Assembly (NCBI GenBank): GCA_902762875.1
Contig: CACWPS010000003.1
Coordinates: 94,550 to 158,549 of the forward strand
DNA length: 64,000 nt
Direction: 5' to 3'
From: Oscillospiraceae bacterium
GTDB taxonomy: Bacteria; Bacillota; Clostridia; Oscillospirales; Acutalibacteraceae
Every line of letters begins with the position of its first letter. Within the stretch, counting starts at the first letter, position 1. The notes under the pieces were generated by a model. It was not told where the DNA came from and did not search any database. It was given only the letters and a program-made list of their open reading frames with translations. The position numbers and the translations under genes are program-made. Shown one piece after another: positions 1 through 10,088 of this stretch.

Positions 1-345
1 ATTATCGCTGTCGATTTTCACGCTGAGGCCACAAGCGAAAAGCGTGCGTTGGCGCTTTATCTCGACGGCAGAGTTTCTGCCTTTTTCGGTACGCATACCC
101 ATGTTCAGACCGCTGACGAGCAGATTTTAAGCGGCGGCACCGGCTATATTACCGACCTTGGTATGACAGGCCCTATAAACTCAGTCTTAGGGGTTAAGCC
201 CGAAATAATAATTAATCGCCTTAAGGACGGCGACCCTTCAAAATTTGAGTTAGCAGACGGCGAATGTATGCTTTGCGGCTGTATCTTTGATATAGATACA
301 AAAACAGGCCGCACGGTAGAAATTGAGAGGATAACAATACGGTAA
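1..345 (+). CDS. ymdB: YmdB-like metallophosphoesterase (2',3'-cyclic-nucleotide 2'-phosphodiesterase family), C-terminal part; the 5' end lies outside the window
   Basis: Frame 1 is open from base 1 (IIAVDFHAEATSEK...GTHTHVQTADE...DLGMTGP). These motifs are typical of the YmdB/TIGR00282 family. The stop is at 343-345. Confidence 0.8.
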   Translation: MIAVDFHAEATSEKRALALYLDGRVSAFFGTHTHVQTADEQILSGGTGYITDLGMTGPINSVLGVKPEIIINRLKDGDPSKFELADGECMLCGCIFDIDTKTGRTVEIERITIR

Positions 346-369
346 CGACTAATGAAAGGAGCGTTTAAG

Positions 370-1995
370 ATGAATAAATTTAAGATAGTAATCTCGCTTA
401 TAATTGCAGGAACGCTTCTTTTGCTTTCGGGCTGCCGAGGGAGTACCACCGGCACATCCTCCGATTTACCAATCGGAACCGAAAGTGTTTCTTCTGCCGA
501 CAGGGACTATATCACTCTGCTTTATTCCGCATCGGATACCTTTGACCCTTATACCGCAACCACCGACTCTAACCGTCAGCTCTGCAAGCTGCTTTATGAG
601 CCCCTTGTAAAGCTTGATGATGAATTTAAGGTAGTTTACTGCCTTGCCGAGGAGGTAGTGCTTGAGGGCAGGCTTTGCACCGTGACCCTTAAAAACCGCT
701 CTTTTTCGGATGGAAGCAGGCTTACGGCAGATGATGTTGTTTACTCCTTTAATCTTGCTAAAAAGTCGGCTACGGAATATGCGTATAAGCTTTATTCGGC
801 GGAATCTGCGTCGGCTCAAGGGTCGAATTCTGTGGTTTTTAAATTATCAAAGGCCGACCCGTATTTTACAAACCTGCTTGATTTTCCGATACTTAAAAGC
901 GGAAGTGAAAAGCAGACCACCTCGGACAGTGTGGCTTTGCCGCCGATAGGCTGCGGGCGGTACAGGGTTGACGAGTCGCTTACAAGGCTTGTGCTGAATG
1001 AAGTTTCTTTAGCCAATGCATCGGATTACTCGATTAGGGAAATACGCCTTGTCAATGCGCCTGACAGCGAATCGCTTTCGCATTATGTTGAAATAGGTGC
1101 GGCTGATATGTATTACAGTGATATTTCGGACGGAAATATCCTTAGAATGAGCGGAAAAAAGGTCAATATTAATATTAATCATATAGTTTATATCGGTGTT
1201 AATCAGTCATACGGAGATTTGGGGCTTAACGAGCTACGCCAGGCTATTTCGGCGGGAATTGACCGTGCCGCTGTTTGCAGGGACGGATACTACAACAATG
1301 CCATAGCCGCAACAGGCTTTTTCAATCCGGTTTGGGAGCCGGTTAAATCTGTTCAAAACATAGAAACTGCCGCAAATCAAGAAATAACTATTGAGAATTT
1401 GGAGAAAATAGGATATAATAGTGTGGATGATAAGGGAATACGCCTAAAAAACGGGCGCACCCGTCTTCAATTTAATATGCTGGTAAACAGTGAGAACAGA
1501 ACTCGGGTTGCTGTGGCACAGCTTATAGCCAATCAACTGATGAACTGCGGTATTAAAATTAATGTGGTTGAAAAATCATACACCGATTATACTGCGGCGC
1601 TTTCTTCAGGCGATTTTCAGCTGTATTTAGGCGAGGTTGCTTTGACACCTAATATGGACCTATCAAGCCTTGTCACCGAGGGTGGAAGCGCTGCTTACGG
1701 CCTTAAAAATCAAATTAATGTTAACAATGGGCCTTTAATCGACGCAGCCGCAGAAGATACCGAAACCCCTCAAGATAACGGGGAGAGCGCAACCGCCGCT
1801 CAGCTTATAGAGGGACTTTATAACGGTCAAAACACCGTCTCGGACGTTGCCTCGGTACTGCAGACCGAAATGCCATTTATCCCCATATGCTACAGAACGG
1901 GCGTGCTTTTTTACAATGACCATATCGAAAATGTAAATAATTCCTCTGCGAGCGATATTTATTTTTCGATTGAATCATATAATTTCAATAATTAA
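370..1995 (+). CDS. ABC transporter substrate-binding lipoprotein (family 5, peptide/nickel type), orphan
   Basis: The ATG at 370 is preceded by AAAGGAG, which lies inside the longer track ORF starting at 352. There is a signal peptide with lipobox LLLSGC. Size and overall pattern fit family-5 SBPs. No permease or ATPase genes are adjacent. Confidence 0.7.
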   Translation: MNKFKIVISLIIAGTLLLLSGCRGSTTGTSSDLPIGTESVSSADRDYITLLYSASDTFDPYTATTDSNRQLCKLLYEPLVKLDDEFKVVYCLAEEVVLEGRLCTVTLKNRSFSDGSRLTADDVVYSFNLAKKSATEYAYKLYSAESASAQGSNSVVFKLSKADPYFTNLLDFPILKSGSEKQTTSDSVALPPIGCGRYRVDESLTRLVLNEVSLANASDYSIREIRLVNAPDSESLSHYVEIGAADMYYSDISDGNILRMSGKKVNININHIVYIGVNQSYGDLGLNELRQAISAGIDRAAVCRDGYYNNAIAATGFFNPVWEPVKSVQNIETAANQEITIENLEKIGYNSVDDKGIRLKNGRTRLQFNMLVNSENRTRVAVAQLIANQLMNCGIKINVVEKSYTDYTAALSSGDFQLYLGEVALTPNMDLSSLVTEGGSAAYGLKNQINVNNGPLIDAAAEDTETPQDNGESATAAQLIEGLYNGQNTVSDVASVLQTEMPFIPICYRTGVLFYNDHIENVNNSSASDIYFSIESYNFNN

Positions 1996-2009
1996 TAGGA
2001 GGATATATT

Positions 2010-2360
2010 ATGATAGCTTATGAAACAAGACTCGGCACAATCGATATTTCGGAAACATATCTTTCAAAGCTCATAGGACACGAGGTTACTTCCTGCTTCG
2101 GCGTTGTGGGCATGGTGCCCAGCGGCAGCAAGCAGAGGCTTTTCAGCAAGCTCTCAAGGGCGGAGCATCCTGATACGGGAATCTGCGTCACGGGTGACTC
2201 TGATACGATTTCGGTTGAGCTTCATATTGTAGTTACTTACGGAATGAATATTAACGCAATCGCCGCCAGTATTACAGAAAAGGTGAAATATGTTGTACAG
2301 GAAACGGCGGGTATTACCGTTAATAAGGTCACCATTAAAATAGACGGAATTAAGGAATAA
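2010..2360 (+). CDS. Asp23/Gls24 family envelope stress protein
   Basis: 116 aa with GTIDISETYLSKLIGHEVTSCFGVVGM at the N-terminus. RBS is TAGGAGG. The asp23-yloV-recG order is conserved in Firmicutes. Confidence 0.85.
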   Translation: MIAYETRLGTIDISETYLSKLIGHEVTSCFGVVGMVPSGSKQRLFSKLSRAEHPDTGICVTGDSDTISVELHIVVTYGMNINAIAASITEKVKYVVQETAGITVNKVTIKIDGIKE

Positions 2361-2381
2361 TCTGTTTAAGGAGTGTTTAAT

Positions 2382-4055
2382 TTGTTTAACGGCGATACTT
2401 TACGCGACGCTATGATTTCCGCCGCAAATAATCTTACAAACAACCGCAAACAAATCGATGATTTGAATGTTTTTCCCGTACCTGACGGAGATACGGGAAC
2501 TAATATGTCTATGACCCTTGCTAATTCTGCAAGGGAGCTTGAAAAGCTGAGCGGAGAAACCGCAGGAAAGGTTGCAAAGACCAGCGCTTCTGCGCTGCTT
2601 AGAGGAGCAAGGGGCAACTCGGGCGTTATTACCTCTCTGCTTTTCAGGGGCTTTTCTAAGGGAATCGGTGAGGATGAATTTGTTACAGCCGAAAATATTG
2701 CCGCCGCCTTTGAGCTTGGCGTAGAGGCGGCGTACAAGGCGGTTATGAAACCCACCGAGGGAACTATACTTACTGTAGCCAGAGTTGCTTCTGAGCACGC
2801 AAAAGCGGCACTCGAGGACGGAAAGGACGCTTTAGGCGTTTTTGACGCCGCTATTGAGGGTGCAAAAACAGCTCTTGAGCAGACCCCCGAATTATTGCCT
2901 ACTCTTAAAAAAGCAGGCGTTGTTGACGCAGGCGGCAAGGGCTTTGTTACAATACTTGAGGGTATGATGTCGGTATTTAAAGACGGGGTTATGATTAAGT
3001 CAAACGCTGTAGCCGAAGATACCGCCGAAGAGGAATCCTCGGTAAGTGCGGCGGGCGAGTTTGAAACCGAAATCACCTTTACCTACTGTACCGAATTTAT
3101 CGTAAACCGTGATAAGGAGAACGAAAAGGAGCCCTCTGAATTAAGAGCTTATCTTGAGACGATAGGCGACTGCGTTGTTGTTGTTGACGATGATGAGATT
3201 ATTAAGGTGCATGTTCATACCGACCACCCCGGTAATGCCATTGAAAATGCGCTTACCTTCGGTCAGCTTGTTCATATGAAGATAGAGAATATGCGTGACC
3301 AGCACGAGCGTGCCAAGCACGATTCCGAAAGCGCTAAGAAGAAGCCCGCTAAGTCCGCAGACCGCACAGAGACCTTTACGCCTGTAACCCCTACGAAGCC
3401 TGTAGGCTTTGTATCGGTTTGCGCAGGCGAGGGACTTGCAAGCCTCTTTAAGGACTTGGGCGTTGATACCGTTGTTAGCGGCGGTCAGACTATGAATCCC
3501 AGCACCGACGATATTTTAAGGGCGGTTGAAGCAACACCTGCCGAAACTGTATATGTATTGCCCAACAATAAAAATATTATTATGGCGGCGGAGCAGACAA
3601 TACCCCTTAGTACCAGAAAGGTTATTGTAATCCACACAAGAACCATTCCCCAGGGTATTACCGCAATGCTTAATTACGACCCCGACACAGATGTTGAAGC
3701 AAACGCTATCGAAATGCAGAAATCAACTGAGCGTATTTCTACGGGTCAGGTAACCTTTGCCGCAAGGGATTCCGACTTTGACGGTCACCAGATTAAAAAA
3801 GGTGAGCTTTTGGCAATGCTGGGCGGTAAGATTGCCTTTACCGAAACCGAGCTTGATAAGGCTGTTTTAAACCTTTTAAAGAAGATGGTTAAGCGTGACA
3901 GTCAGTTTGTTACCGTTATTTACGGCGAGGATGTAACCGACGAGCAGGCGGCGGCGCTTGAAGAGGAAATTCAGGCAAAATACGGTTCAAAGACCGAAAT
4001 TACCGTAATTAACGGCGGACAGCCGGTTTATTACTACATTCTTTCGGTTGAATGA
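2382..4055 (+). CDS. yloV: DAK2 domain fusion protein YloV
   Basis: NVFPVPDGDTGTNM motif (Dak2) plus a C-terminal DegV-like/YloV region. The track start GTG at 2373 overlaps the AAGGAG RBS, so the TTG at 2382 (8 nt after the RBS) is preferred. The start remains uncertain. Confidence 0.85.
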   Translation: MFNGDTLRDAMISAANNLTNNRKQIDDLNVFPVPDGDTGTNMSMTLANSARELEKLSGETAGKVAKTSASALLRGARGNSGVITSLLFRGFSKGIGEDEFVTAENIAAAFELGVEAAYKAVMKPTEGTILTVARVASEHAKAALEDGKDALGVFDAAIEGAKTALEQTPELLPTLKKAGVVDAGGKGFVTILEGMMSVFKDGVMIKSNAVAEDTAEEESSVSAAGEFETEITFTYCTEFIVNRDKENEKEPSELRAYLETIGDCVVVVDDDEIIKVHVHTDHPGNAIENALTFGQLVHMKIENMRDQHERAKHDSESAKKKPAKSADRTETFTPVTPTKPVGFVSVCAGEGLASLFKDLGVDTVVSGGQTMNPSTDDILRAVEATPAETVYVLPNNKNIIMAAEQTIPLSTRKVIVIHTRTIPQGITAMLNYDPDTDVEANAIEMQKSTERISTGQVTFAARDSDFDGHQIKKGELLAMLGGKIAFTETELDKAVLNLLKKMVKRDSQFVTVIYGEDVTDEQAAALEEEIQAKYGSKTEITVINGGQPVYYYILSVE

Positions 4056-4073
4056 TATAAAGGGAGAAATCTT

Positions 4074-6101
4074 ATGCTGACAGCTTCCACCGACATTCAG
4101 TATTTAAAGGGCGTAGGTGAAAAGCGGGCGGAGCTTTTGCGTAAAAAGGGCATCGATACGGTCGGTGCCCTTCTGCGTTTTTTTCCGCGCGCATACCTTG
4201 ATTGGCGCAAGATAACCTATATTTCCGAGTGTCCTTTTGGGGAGATTGTATGCGTTAAGGCGAAAATAATCTCGCCGGTTAAGTCCTATTACATACGCAA
4301 GGGTATGACTATTTATAAGTTCACCGCAGCTGATGACAGCGGATATATGACCGTAACCCTTTTTAATCAAAAATACTTGGCGGAAAGGTTAAATGAGGGC
4401 TGTGAGTACCTTTTTTACGGCAAATTGGGCGGTAATCTTGTTATGCGGGAAATGTCGTCCCCCGAAATTAGGGAAAGCGGATTTTTAGGAATTGAGCCTA
4501 TATATACCGCTTCGGCAGGGCTTTCCTCAAAGGCGATAGAAAAACTTGTTAAAACAGCGCTTAACACTTTGCCCGAATTGGACGAAGTGTTGCCCGAAAG
4601 CATAAGGGAACGGAACGGACTTTGCGGAATTAATACCGCTGTTCGAAATATTCATTTTCCTCTTGAGCCCGAAAGCTTTGAAAGGGCAAAGGAACGGCTT
4701 GTTTTTGAGGAGCTTTTTGTTTTGCAGACTGGGCTTTCCTTTCTTAAAAAAAGAAAGAGGGGACTTGCGGGGTGTGTTATAACCAAAAATTCATTACCCG
4801 AATTTGAAAAAACTCTGTCGTTTGCTTTAACAAATGCGCAGAAAAGGGTAATAGGGGAGTGCATAGCCGATATGTCCTCTGGTAGACCTATGAATAGGCT
4901 CATAGAGGGTGATGTGGGCAGCGGAAAAACTGCTGTTGCGGCGGCGCTGTGCTTTATTTCTGCGGGGAACGGATTTCAGTCGGCACTTATGGCACCCACC
5001 GAGATTTTGGCGGAGCAGCATTTTAAAACCCTAAGCGAAATAACAAGGGACAGCGGAATTAAATGCGCCTTGCTTACGGGTTCCCAGACCAAAAAGCAGA
5101 AAAATATAATTAAGGAAGCCCTTAAAAACGGAGAAATTGATGTTTTGGTGGGAACCCATGCACTGCTGACAGACGATGTTGAATTTAACCGCTTGGGGCT
5201 TGTTATAACCGACGAACAGCACCGCTTCGGTGTAGCGCAAAGGGGAAAGCTTTCGGCAAAGGGTGAAAATCCTCACACCCTTGTTATGTCCGCAACCCCT
5301 ATTCCCCGTACCTTGGGGCTTATTGTTTACGGCGACCTTGATATAAGCATTATTGACGAATACCCACGGGGAAGACAGAAGATAGATACCTATTTTGTAA
5401 ACTCTTCCTATCACCCCCGTATATACAATTTTATAAAAAAATTCCTTGATGAGGGCAGGCAGGGGTATATTGTCTGTCCCCTTGTAGAGGAAAACGAAAC
5501 CCTTGATATTACCTCTGCCGCCGAGTATTACGAGACTCTTAAGAACGGCGAGTTTAAGGGCTATTCCTTGGGGCTTCTCCACGGCAAAATGCCCGCTAAG
5601 GAAAAGGAAAGGGTTATGAGGAGCTTCGCATCAGGGGAAATTCAGCTGCTTATTTCTACAACTGTTATTGAAGTGGGCATTGATGTGCCAAACTCGGTTA
5701 TTATGGTGATTGAAAACGCCGAGAGATTCGGGCTTTCTCAGCTCCACCAGCTGCGGGGCAGAATAGGCAGGGGGGCGCATAAGTCTTACTGCATACTTAT
5801 TTCCGATATTAGCGGGGGAGATACAAAAAAGCGGCTCGAGGTTATAAAAAACTGTCAGGACGGATTTAAAATAGCCGAGGAAGATTTGAAGCTAAGGGGA
5901 CCCGGCGACTTTTTGGGTAGCCGCCAGCACGGACTGCCCGATATGAAGATAGCCGATATTTTCGCTGACCGCAAGACATTACATCTTGCAGGGGTTGAGG
6001 CAGAACGCCTAATAAAAAAAGACCCGACCTTATCCCAAGAAGAAAACAGGGCTTTAAGAGCCGAAATCGCCGCACTGTATAAAAAGCTTAATCAGAACTA
6101 A
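4074..6101 (+). CDS. recG: ATP-dependent DNA helicase RecG
   Basis: 675 aa. Walker A is GDVGSGKT and the helicase box is DEQHRFG. The N-terminal wedge/OB region and C-terminal helicase domain are present. Confidence 0.95.
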   Translation: MLTASTDIQYLKGVGEKRAELLRKKGIDTVGALLRFFPRAYLDWRKITYISECPFGEIVCVKAKIISPVKSYYIRKGMTIYKFTAADDSGYMTVTLFNQKYLAERLNEGCEYLFYGKLGGNLVMREMSSPEIRESGFLGIEPIYTASAGLSSKAIEKLVKTALNTLPELDEVLPESIRERNGLCGINTAVRNIHFPLEPESFERAKERLVFEELFVLQTGLSFLKKRKRGLAGCVITKNSLPEFEKTLSFALTNAQKRVIGECIADMSSGRPMNRLIEGDVGSGKTAVAAALCFISAGNGFQSALMAPTEILAEQHFKTLSEITRDSGIKCALLTGSQTKKQKNIIKEALKNGEIDVLVGTHALLTDDVEFNRLGLVITDEQHRFGVAQRGKLSAKGENPHTLVMSATPIPRTLGLIVYGDLDISIIDEYPRGRQKIDTYFVNSSYHPRIYNFIKKFLDEGRQGYIVCPLVEENETLDITSAAEYYETLKNGEFKGYSLGLLHGKMPAKEKERVMRSFASGEIQLLISTTVIEVGIDVPNSVIMVIENAERFGLSQLHQLRGRIGRGAHKSYCILISDISGGDTKKRLEVIKNCQDGFKIAEEDLKLRGPGDFLGSRQHGLPDMKIADIFADRKTLHLAGVEAERLIKKDPTLSQEENRALRAEIAALYKKLNQN

Positions 6102-6109
6102 GCAAAAAT

Positions 6110-6240
6110 AAAGGCTCCCCTTGTCAGGGGAGCTGTCACCGCAGGTGACTGAGGGGTAGTCAGAAAAGCTTTATAAAAGCATTTTCTCTCCCTCCGTCTT
6201 TTGCTTTGCAAAATCCACCTCCCTCGTCAGATGGAGGCTG
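6110..6240 (-). repeat. Hairpin-array intergenic repeat, copy A (inverted relative to copies B-D)
   Basis: The reverse complement aligns module by module with copies B and C. Shared modules are GCCTCC(A/C)TCTGACGAGGGAGGTGG, GACGGAGGGAGAGAAA, CCCTCAGTC and the terminal hairpin GCTCCCCT-tgtc-AGGGGAGC. It lies between convergent recG and the 6251-7912 gene. Confidence 0.85.
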
Positions 6241-6250
6241 TTTTTGTATA

Positions 6251-7912
6251 TTACCTAAAATCTATTTTTGTAGCCGTAAACTTGTTTTCTGCTTCGGAAA
6301 TTGTCATTTCTACGCTGTCGCCCGTCTTGGCGAGGGGGAGCTTATCCGAAATTTTGATTGGTGCGATATAGATTTTATCGTCACCTGTAAGCTTAATATA
6401 GTAGTTTGTATTGCCCGAAACCACTGCCGAGGCGATATTTTCTATAATACCCGAAACTGTTGTTTCAGCCGTATCCTCAACCTCAAGATTTTCGTTCTTA
6501 AGTTTGCTTATATAGTCTGCCCGTGCCTCTTCAACCGAGCTTCCCGTGCCCACAATCTGGTACTGGCTTACATCCACAAAGGCGTACATCTTTACAAGTC
6601 CCGCCCCGTCCTTAAGGGACATAAAGTAGGTGGGTCTGTCGGAAATGTTAAGAAGCAACGGGAATGTTGCGCTGTACTTTAGGTGCTGAACCTGACCCTC
6701 TGCGGAATCCATTGCGGAGTATTCCTCTGCTCCGGGTATAGCGTAATACTTAGTTTCTTTAGTGCGGAGATTTGTGAGCACAAAGCCCACATTAGATTCA
6801 TCGCTTGTCACAGATGTGATACCTGTGTAAAGGTAAACATCATCATTGATAGCAAGGTAATTATATCCGTCGGTGGGCTGTAAAACGCCCTTTTGACCGA
6901 AGATGGAGTTAAAGAATCCCGAACGGTATTTGCCGTTGTAGATTAACTGCTCCATAATCATATCCGAGCTGTAGACCTGGTCAACCCAAGTGGGGATTTC
7001 TTCAAGCTTGTAATACTCACTTTCGCCCGTAACGGCGTTCAGAAGCACAGCCCCCTCAATATCGGAGCCGTTCCAATAGCCTATCCTAAAGGTCTTTGTA
7101 GAGGCAACCCAGTAGGGAGTGCCGTCCTCGTCAATCTCAAAGGATATGTTATCAAATATCTTGGTGGGATAGTTAAAGCGGAGATAACGGTAGAGATTTC
7201 TCATAAAATATTCGCTTTTTGAATATTTTATGCCCTCGTCAAGTCTTACAAGGGAGGTTTCCTGCGTGGTCATATCCACCGTAATATATGCGGGGATACC
7301 CTCGCTGTTGTTGTTAAACCACTTTATTATATCGCCGTAGGCAAGGGGTGTAACCCTAACAGGCTTACCCTTATAATTTATCTGTGTGTAATCCTCCTCA
7401 ATTACAAATTGGGAAACAAGGTCAGAGATTTCACCTAACTTTCTCTGTCCAAGTCTTGAGGCGGTGTCGCGGTCAACCACAGGTATCTGTGTGCGGTTAA
7501 TCTCGGCAACATCGGCGGTAAAGTCGCCGTTCTTCATAGTGATAAGCTTTTCATAACGGGAGGCGTTAAAAATCTGTGCGCCCACAAGGCTCGCAACTGC
7601 ACTTAAAACCACTATGCAAATAAGCGCCAAAACGGCAAATTTAAAGGGCTTGCCGATTTTTTTAAGGGTCTCACGGCGTTCTTCTTTGGTGGAAATGCTG
7701 TAAATTCCGTGGTCTTTTTTAACAAGGGAGAAAAGGGATATAATTTGTGAAAAGGCGTTTACAACGACGCATACCGCAATGCAGAATACCAAAAAGCCCC
7801 ACATTTCGCCGCTTCTCGGGTTTATAGGCGGCAGTACAAACCAAAAGCCGAGAAAGATGATTACTGCACAGATAAGCCATTTGAGAATTACCTTAAATAC
7901 ATTATTTTTCAT
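6251..7912 (-). CDS. Conserved membrane protein of unknown function (N-terminal TM helices plus a large extracytoplasmic domain)
   Basis: Long ORF. The ATG at 7912 has AAAGGAG 6 nt upstream, whereas the track start 7966 lies inside the upstream small gene. Several hydrophobic helices occupy the first ~130 aa. I recognised no family motif. Confidence 0.6.
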   Translation of the reverse strand: MKNNVFKVILKWLICAVIIFLGFWFVLPPINPRSGEMWGFLVFCIAVCVVVNAFSQIISLFSLVKKDHGIYSISTKEERRETLKKIGKPFKFAVLALICIVVLSAVASLVGAQIFNASRYEKLITMKNGDFTADVAEINRTQIPVVDRDTASRLGQRKLGEISDLVSQFVIEEDYTQINYKGKPVRVTPLAYGDIIKWFNNNSEGIPAYITVDMTTQETSLVRLDEGIKYSKSEYFMRNLYRYLRFNYPTKIFDNISFEIDEDGTPYWVASTKTFRIGYWNGSDIEGAVLLNAVTGESEYYKLEEIPTWVDQVYSSDMIMEQLIYNGKYRSGFFNSIFGQKGVLQPTDGYNYLAINDDVYLYTGITSVTSDESNVGFVLTNLRTKETKYYAIPGAEEYSAMDSAEGQVQHLKYSATFPLLLNISDRPTYFMSLKDGAGLVKMYAFVDVSQYQIVGTGSSVEEARADYISKLKNENLEVEDTAETTVSGIIENIASAVVSGNTNYYIKLTGDDKIYIAPIKISDKLPLAKTGDSVEMTISEAENKFTATKIDFR

Positions 7913-8072
7913 TTTCTGCTCCTTTATTATGTTTTTCGGCGCATAAGCCGCAGTTTTTGCAGTCACCGCCGCAGAAATGCCTGCCGCTTTTTTGCCGTTT
8001 TATAATATATATTACTGCGGCGATAAGCAAAGCCGCCACAACGCATAAAATTATATAATCGTATACATTCAT
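7902..8072 (-). CDS. FeoB-associated Cys-rich small membrane protein (56 aa; below the ORF-track cutoff)
   Basis: My own translation is MNVYDYIILCVVAALLIAAVIYIIKRQKSGRHFCGGDCKNCGLCAEKHNKGAENEK. It has one TM helix then CGGDCxxCGxC. It starts 3 nt after the feoB stop. This size, motif and position are typical of the FeoB-associated family. Confidence 0.7.
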   Translation of the reverse strand: MNVYDYIILCVVAALLIAAVIYIIKRQKSGRHFCGGDCKNCGLCAEKHNKGAENEK

Positions 8073-8075
8073 ATC

Positions 8076-10088
8076 TTATAAACCTAAAATCAGACCCAAA
8101 TTGTATACCAAAAAGGCGCAAACCCATGCAATAACGCATTGAAGCGCCACTACTCCCGCAGTGTGCAGCCTTGACCCCAACTCTGCCTTAAGGGTTGCTA
8201 TTGCGGCAACGCAGGGGGTGTAAAGCAGAGTAAACACAAGAAAGCTTGCGGCGGTAAGGGGATTAAATACCGAGGAGAGGGTGAGACTCAAGCTGTCAAG
8301 CCCTGTGCCCAAAAGCACACCTAAGGTGCTTACAACCGCCTCTTTTGCCGAAAGACCTGCTATAAGCGAGGTGCTTATACGCCAGTCGCCAAGGCCTAAG
8401 GGGGCAAAAATCGGGGAGATAAGCCGCCCTATAGAGGCAAGCAGACTATCCGCCGAATCGGCAACGAAATTTAGCCTTGAATCAAAGGCACCTAAGAACC
8501 AGATTATTACGGTTGCAATAAATATAACCGTAAACGCCTTTTGTAAAAAATCCTTCGCCTTGTCCCACATTAAAAGCAGTACGCTTTTAGCCGAGGGCAG
8601 GCGGTAATTGGGAAGCTCCATTACAAATGGAACAGGGTTGCCCCTAAAGGCGGTTTTGTTAAGTATAAGCGCAGTTATTATCCCCATTATAATACCGAAT
8701 ATGTAGAGGGTGAACATCACAATCGCCGAGTGTTTTGGGAAAAATGCGGCGGAAAAGACCGCATAGATAGGTATTTTAGCCGAGCAGGAGACAAAGGGGA
8801 CAAGCATTATGGTCATTTTGCGGTCACGCTCGGAAGAAAGGGTGCGGGACGCCATTATTGCGGGAACCGAACAGCCGAAGCCGATTATCATAGGAACAAA
8901 GCTTCTGCCCGAAAGTCCTATCTTGCGCAAGAGCTTATCCATTACAAAGGCGACCCTTGCCATATAGCCCGTATCCTCAAGAATAGATAGGAAGAAAAAC
9001 AATACTACTATTATAGGTAAGAATGAAAGCACGCTTCCGATACCCGCAAAAATACCGTAAATTATAAGGCTGTGAATAACCTCATTAATTCCGTAAGCGG
9101 TAAGGGCGGAATCGGTAATGGCGGTAACCTTGTCAATTCCGAGGGATAAAAGGTCTGATAAAAAGCTTCCGATAACCCCGAAGGTCAGCCAAAAAATCAG
9201 CAGCATTATAACAAGGAATAAGGGGAGTGCCAAATACTTATTGGTAAGCACGCTGTCGATTTTAACACTGCGGTGATGCTCTCGGCTTTCCTTGCACTTA
9301 ACAACCGCCTTTTCGCAAACCCTTTCAATAAAGGCGTAGCGCATATCCGCAAGGGCGGCGTTGGCATCAAGCCCTCTTTCGGTTTCCATTTCCTTTACAT
9401 TGTGTTCTATTGCTTCAAGCTCGTTTTGGTCGAGCTCTATTTTTTCGGCAAAGGACATATCCCCCTCAATCAGCTTTGTGGCCGCAAAGCGTGGAGAGAT
9501 GCCTATACCCTGTGCGTGGTCCTCAATCATATGGGAAACCGCATGAATACAGCGGTGAACAGGGCCCGGTGCGCAGAAATCCTGCACCTTAGGTTTAACC
9601 TTTCCCTTGGCGGTTGCAACCGCAGTTTTTACAAGCTCGCTTATACCGTCGTTCTTAGCGGCGCTTATGGGTACTGCGGGTACACCTAAAAGCTCTGAAA
9701 AAAGCTTGATATTAACAGTTCCGCCGTTGCCCCGCACCTCGTCCATCATATTAAGGGCAATTACCGTGGGAATACCGAGCTCCAAAAGCTGTAAAGTAAG
9801 GTAGAGGTTGCGCTCAATATTGGTAGCGTCTATTATATTTATAATCCCGTCGGGCTTTTCGTTGAGGACGAAATCTCGGGTTACTATTTCCTCTGTAGAA
9901 TAGGGACGGATTGAATAGATACCGGGCAAATCCACAACCGAACAGCCTTTAGCTGAGGTTATGTCCCCCATTTTTTGGTCTACCGTAACACCGGGGAAAT
10001 TGCCGACATGCTGATTAGCGCCTGTAAGCGCATTAAATAGAGTGGTTTTACCGCAATTTTGATTACCTACAAGGGCAAAAATCATCAA
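8076..10088 (-). CDS. feoB: Ferrous iron transport protein B
   Basis: N-terminal G domain (GNQNCGKTTLFNALTG, DLPGIYS) followed by a polytopic membrane domain. 670 aa. Confidence 0.95.
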   Translation of the reverse strand: MMIFALVGNQNCGKTTLFNALTGANQHVGNFPGVTVDQKMGDITSAKGCSVVDLPGIYSIRPYSTEEIVTRDFVLNEKPDGIINIIDATNIERNLYLTLQLLELGIPTVIALNMMDEVRGNGGTVNIKLFSELLGVPAVPISAAKNDGISELVKTAVATAKGKVKPKVQDFCAPGPVHRCIHAVSHMIEDHAQGIGISPRFAATKLIEGDMSFAEKIELDQNELEAIEHNVKEMETERGLDANAALADMRYAFIERVCEKAVVKCKESREHHRSVKIDSVLTNKYLALPLFLVIMLLIFWLTFGVIGSFLSDLLSLGIDKVTAITDSALTAYGINEVIHSLIIYGIFAGIGSVLSFLPIIVVLFFFLSILEDTGYMARVAFVMDKLLRKIGLSGRSFVPMIIGFGCSVPAIMASRTLSSERDRKMTIMLVPFVSCSAKIPIYAVFSAAFFPKHSAIVMFTLYIFGIIMGIITALILNKTAFRGNPVPFVMELPNYRLPSAKSVLLLMWDKAKDFLQKAFTVIFIATVIIWFLGAFDSRLNFVADSADSLLASIGRLISPIFAPLGLGDWRISTSLIAGLSAKEAVVSTLGVLLGTGLDSLSLTLSSVFNPLTAASFLVFTLLYTPCVAAIATLKAELGSRLHTAGVVALQCVIAWVCAFLVYNLGLILGL

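Noticed and set aside
370-1995. Orphan solute-binding protein, considered as part of a novel system with ymdB/asp23.
   Set aside because: It has a typical lipoprotein SBP sequence. Orphan SBP genes are common, and nothing in the flanks (no unusual spacers, repeats or partner genes) suggests a special arrangement.
2366-3076. Long antisense ORFs opposite well-supported genes. They are 2366-3076(-), 5031-5582(-), 10972-11538(+), 17777-18382(-), 33891-34517(-), 41357-41818(-), 43658-44305(-) and 51270-51773(-).
   Set aside because: Each lies fully inside a gene with clear family motifs on the other strand. Their translations are low-complexity (Ser/Ala/Pro/Ile-rich) without motifs, and none has an RBS. 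Open antisense frames are a normal by-product of codon bias.
6206-6682. 158-aa ORF on the plus strand starting inside repeat copy A.
   Set aside because: It starts in the hairpin repeat, has no RBS, and overlaps the 3' end of the strongly supported minus-strand membrane protein gene.
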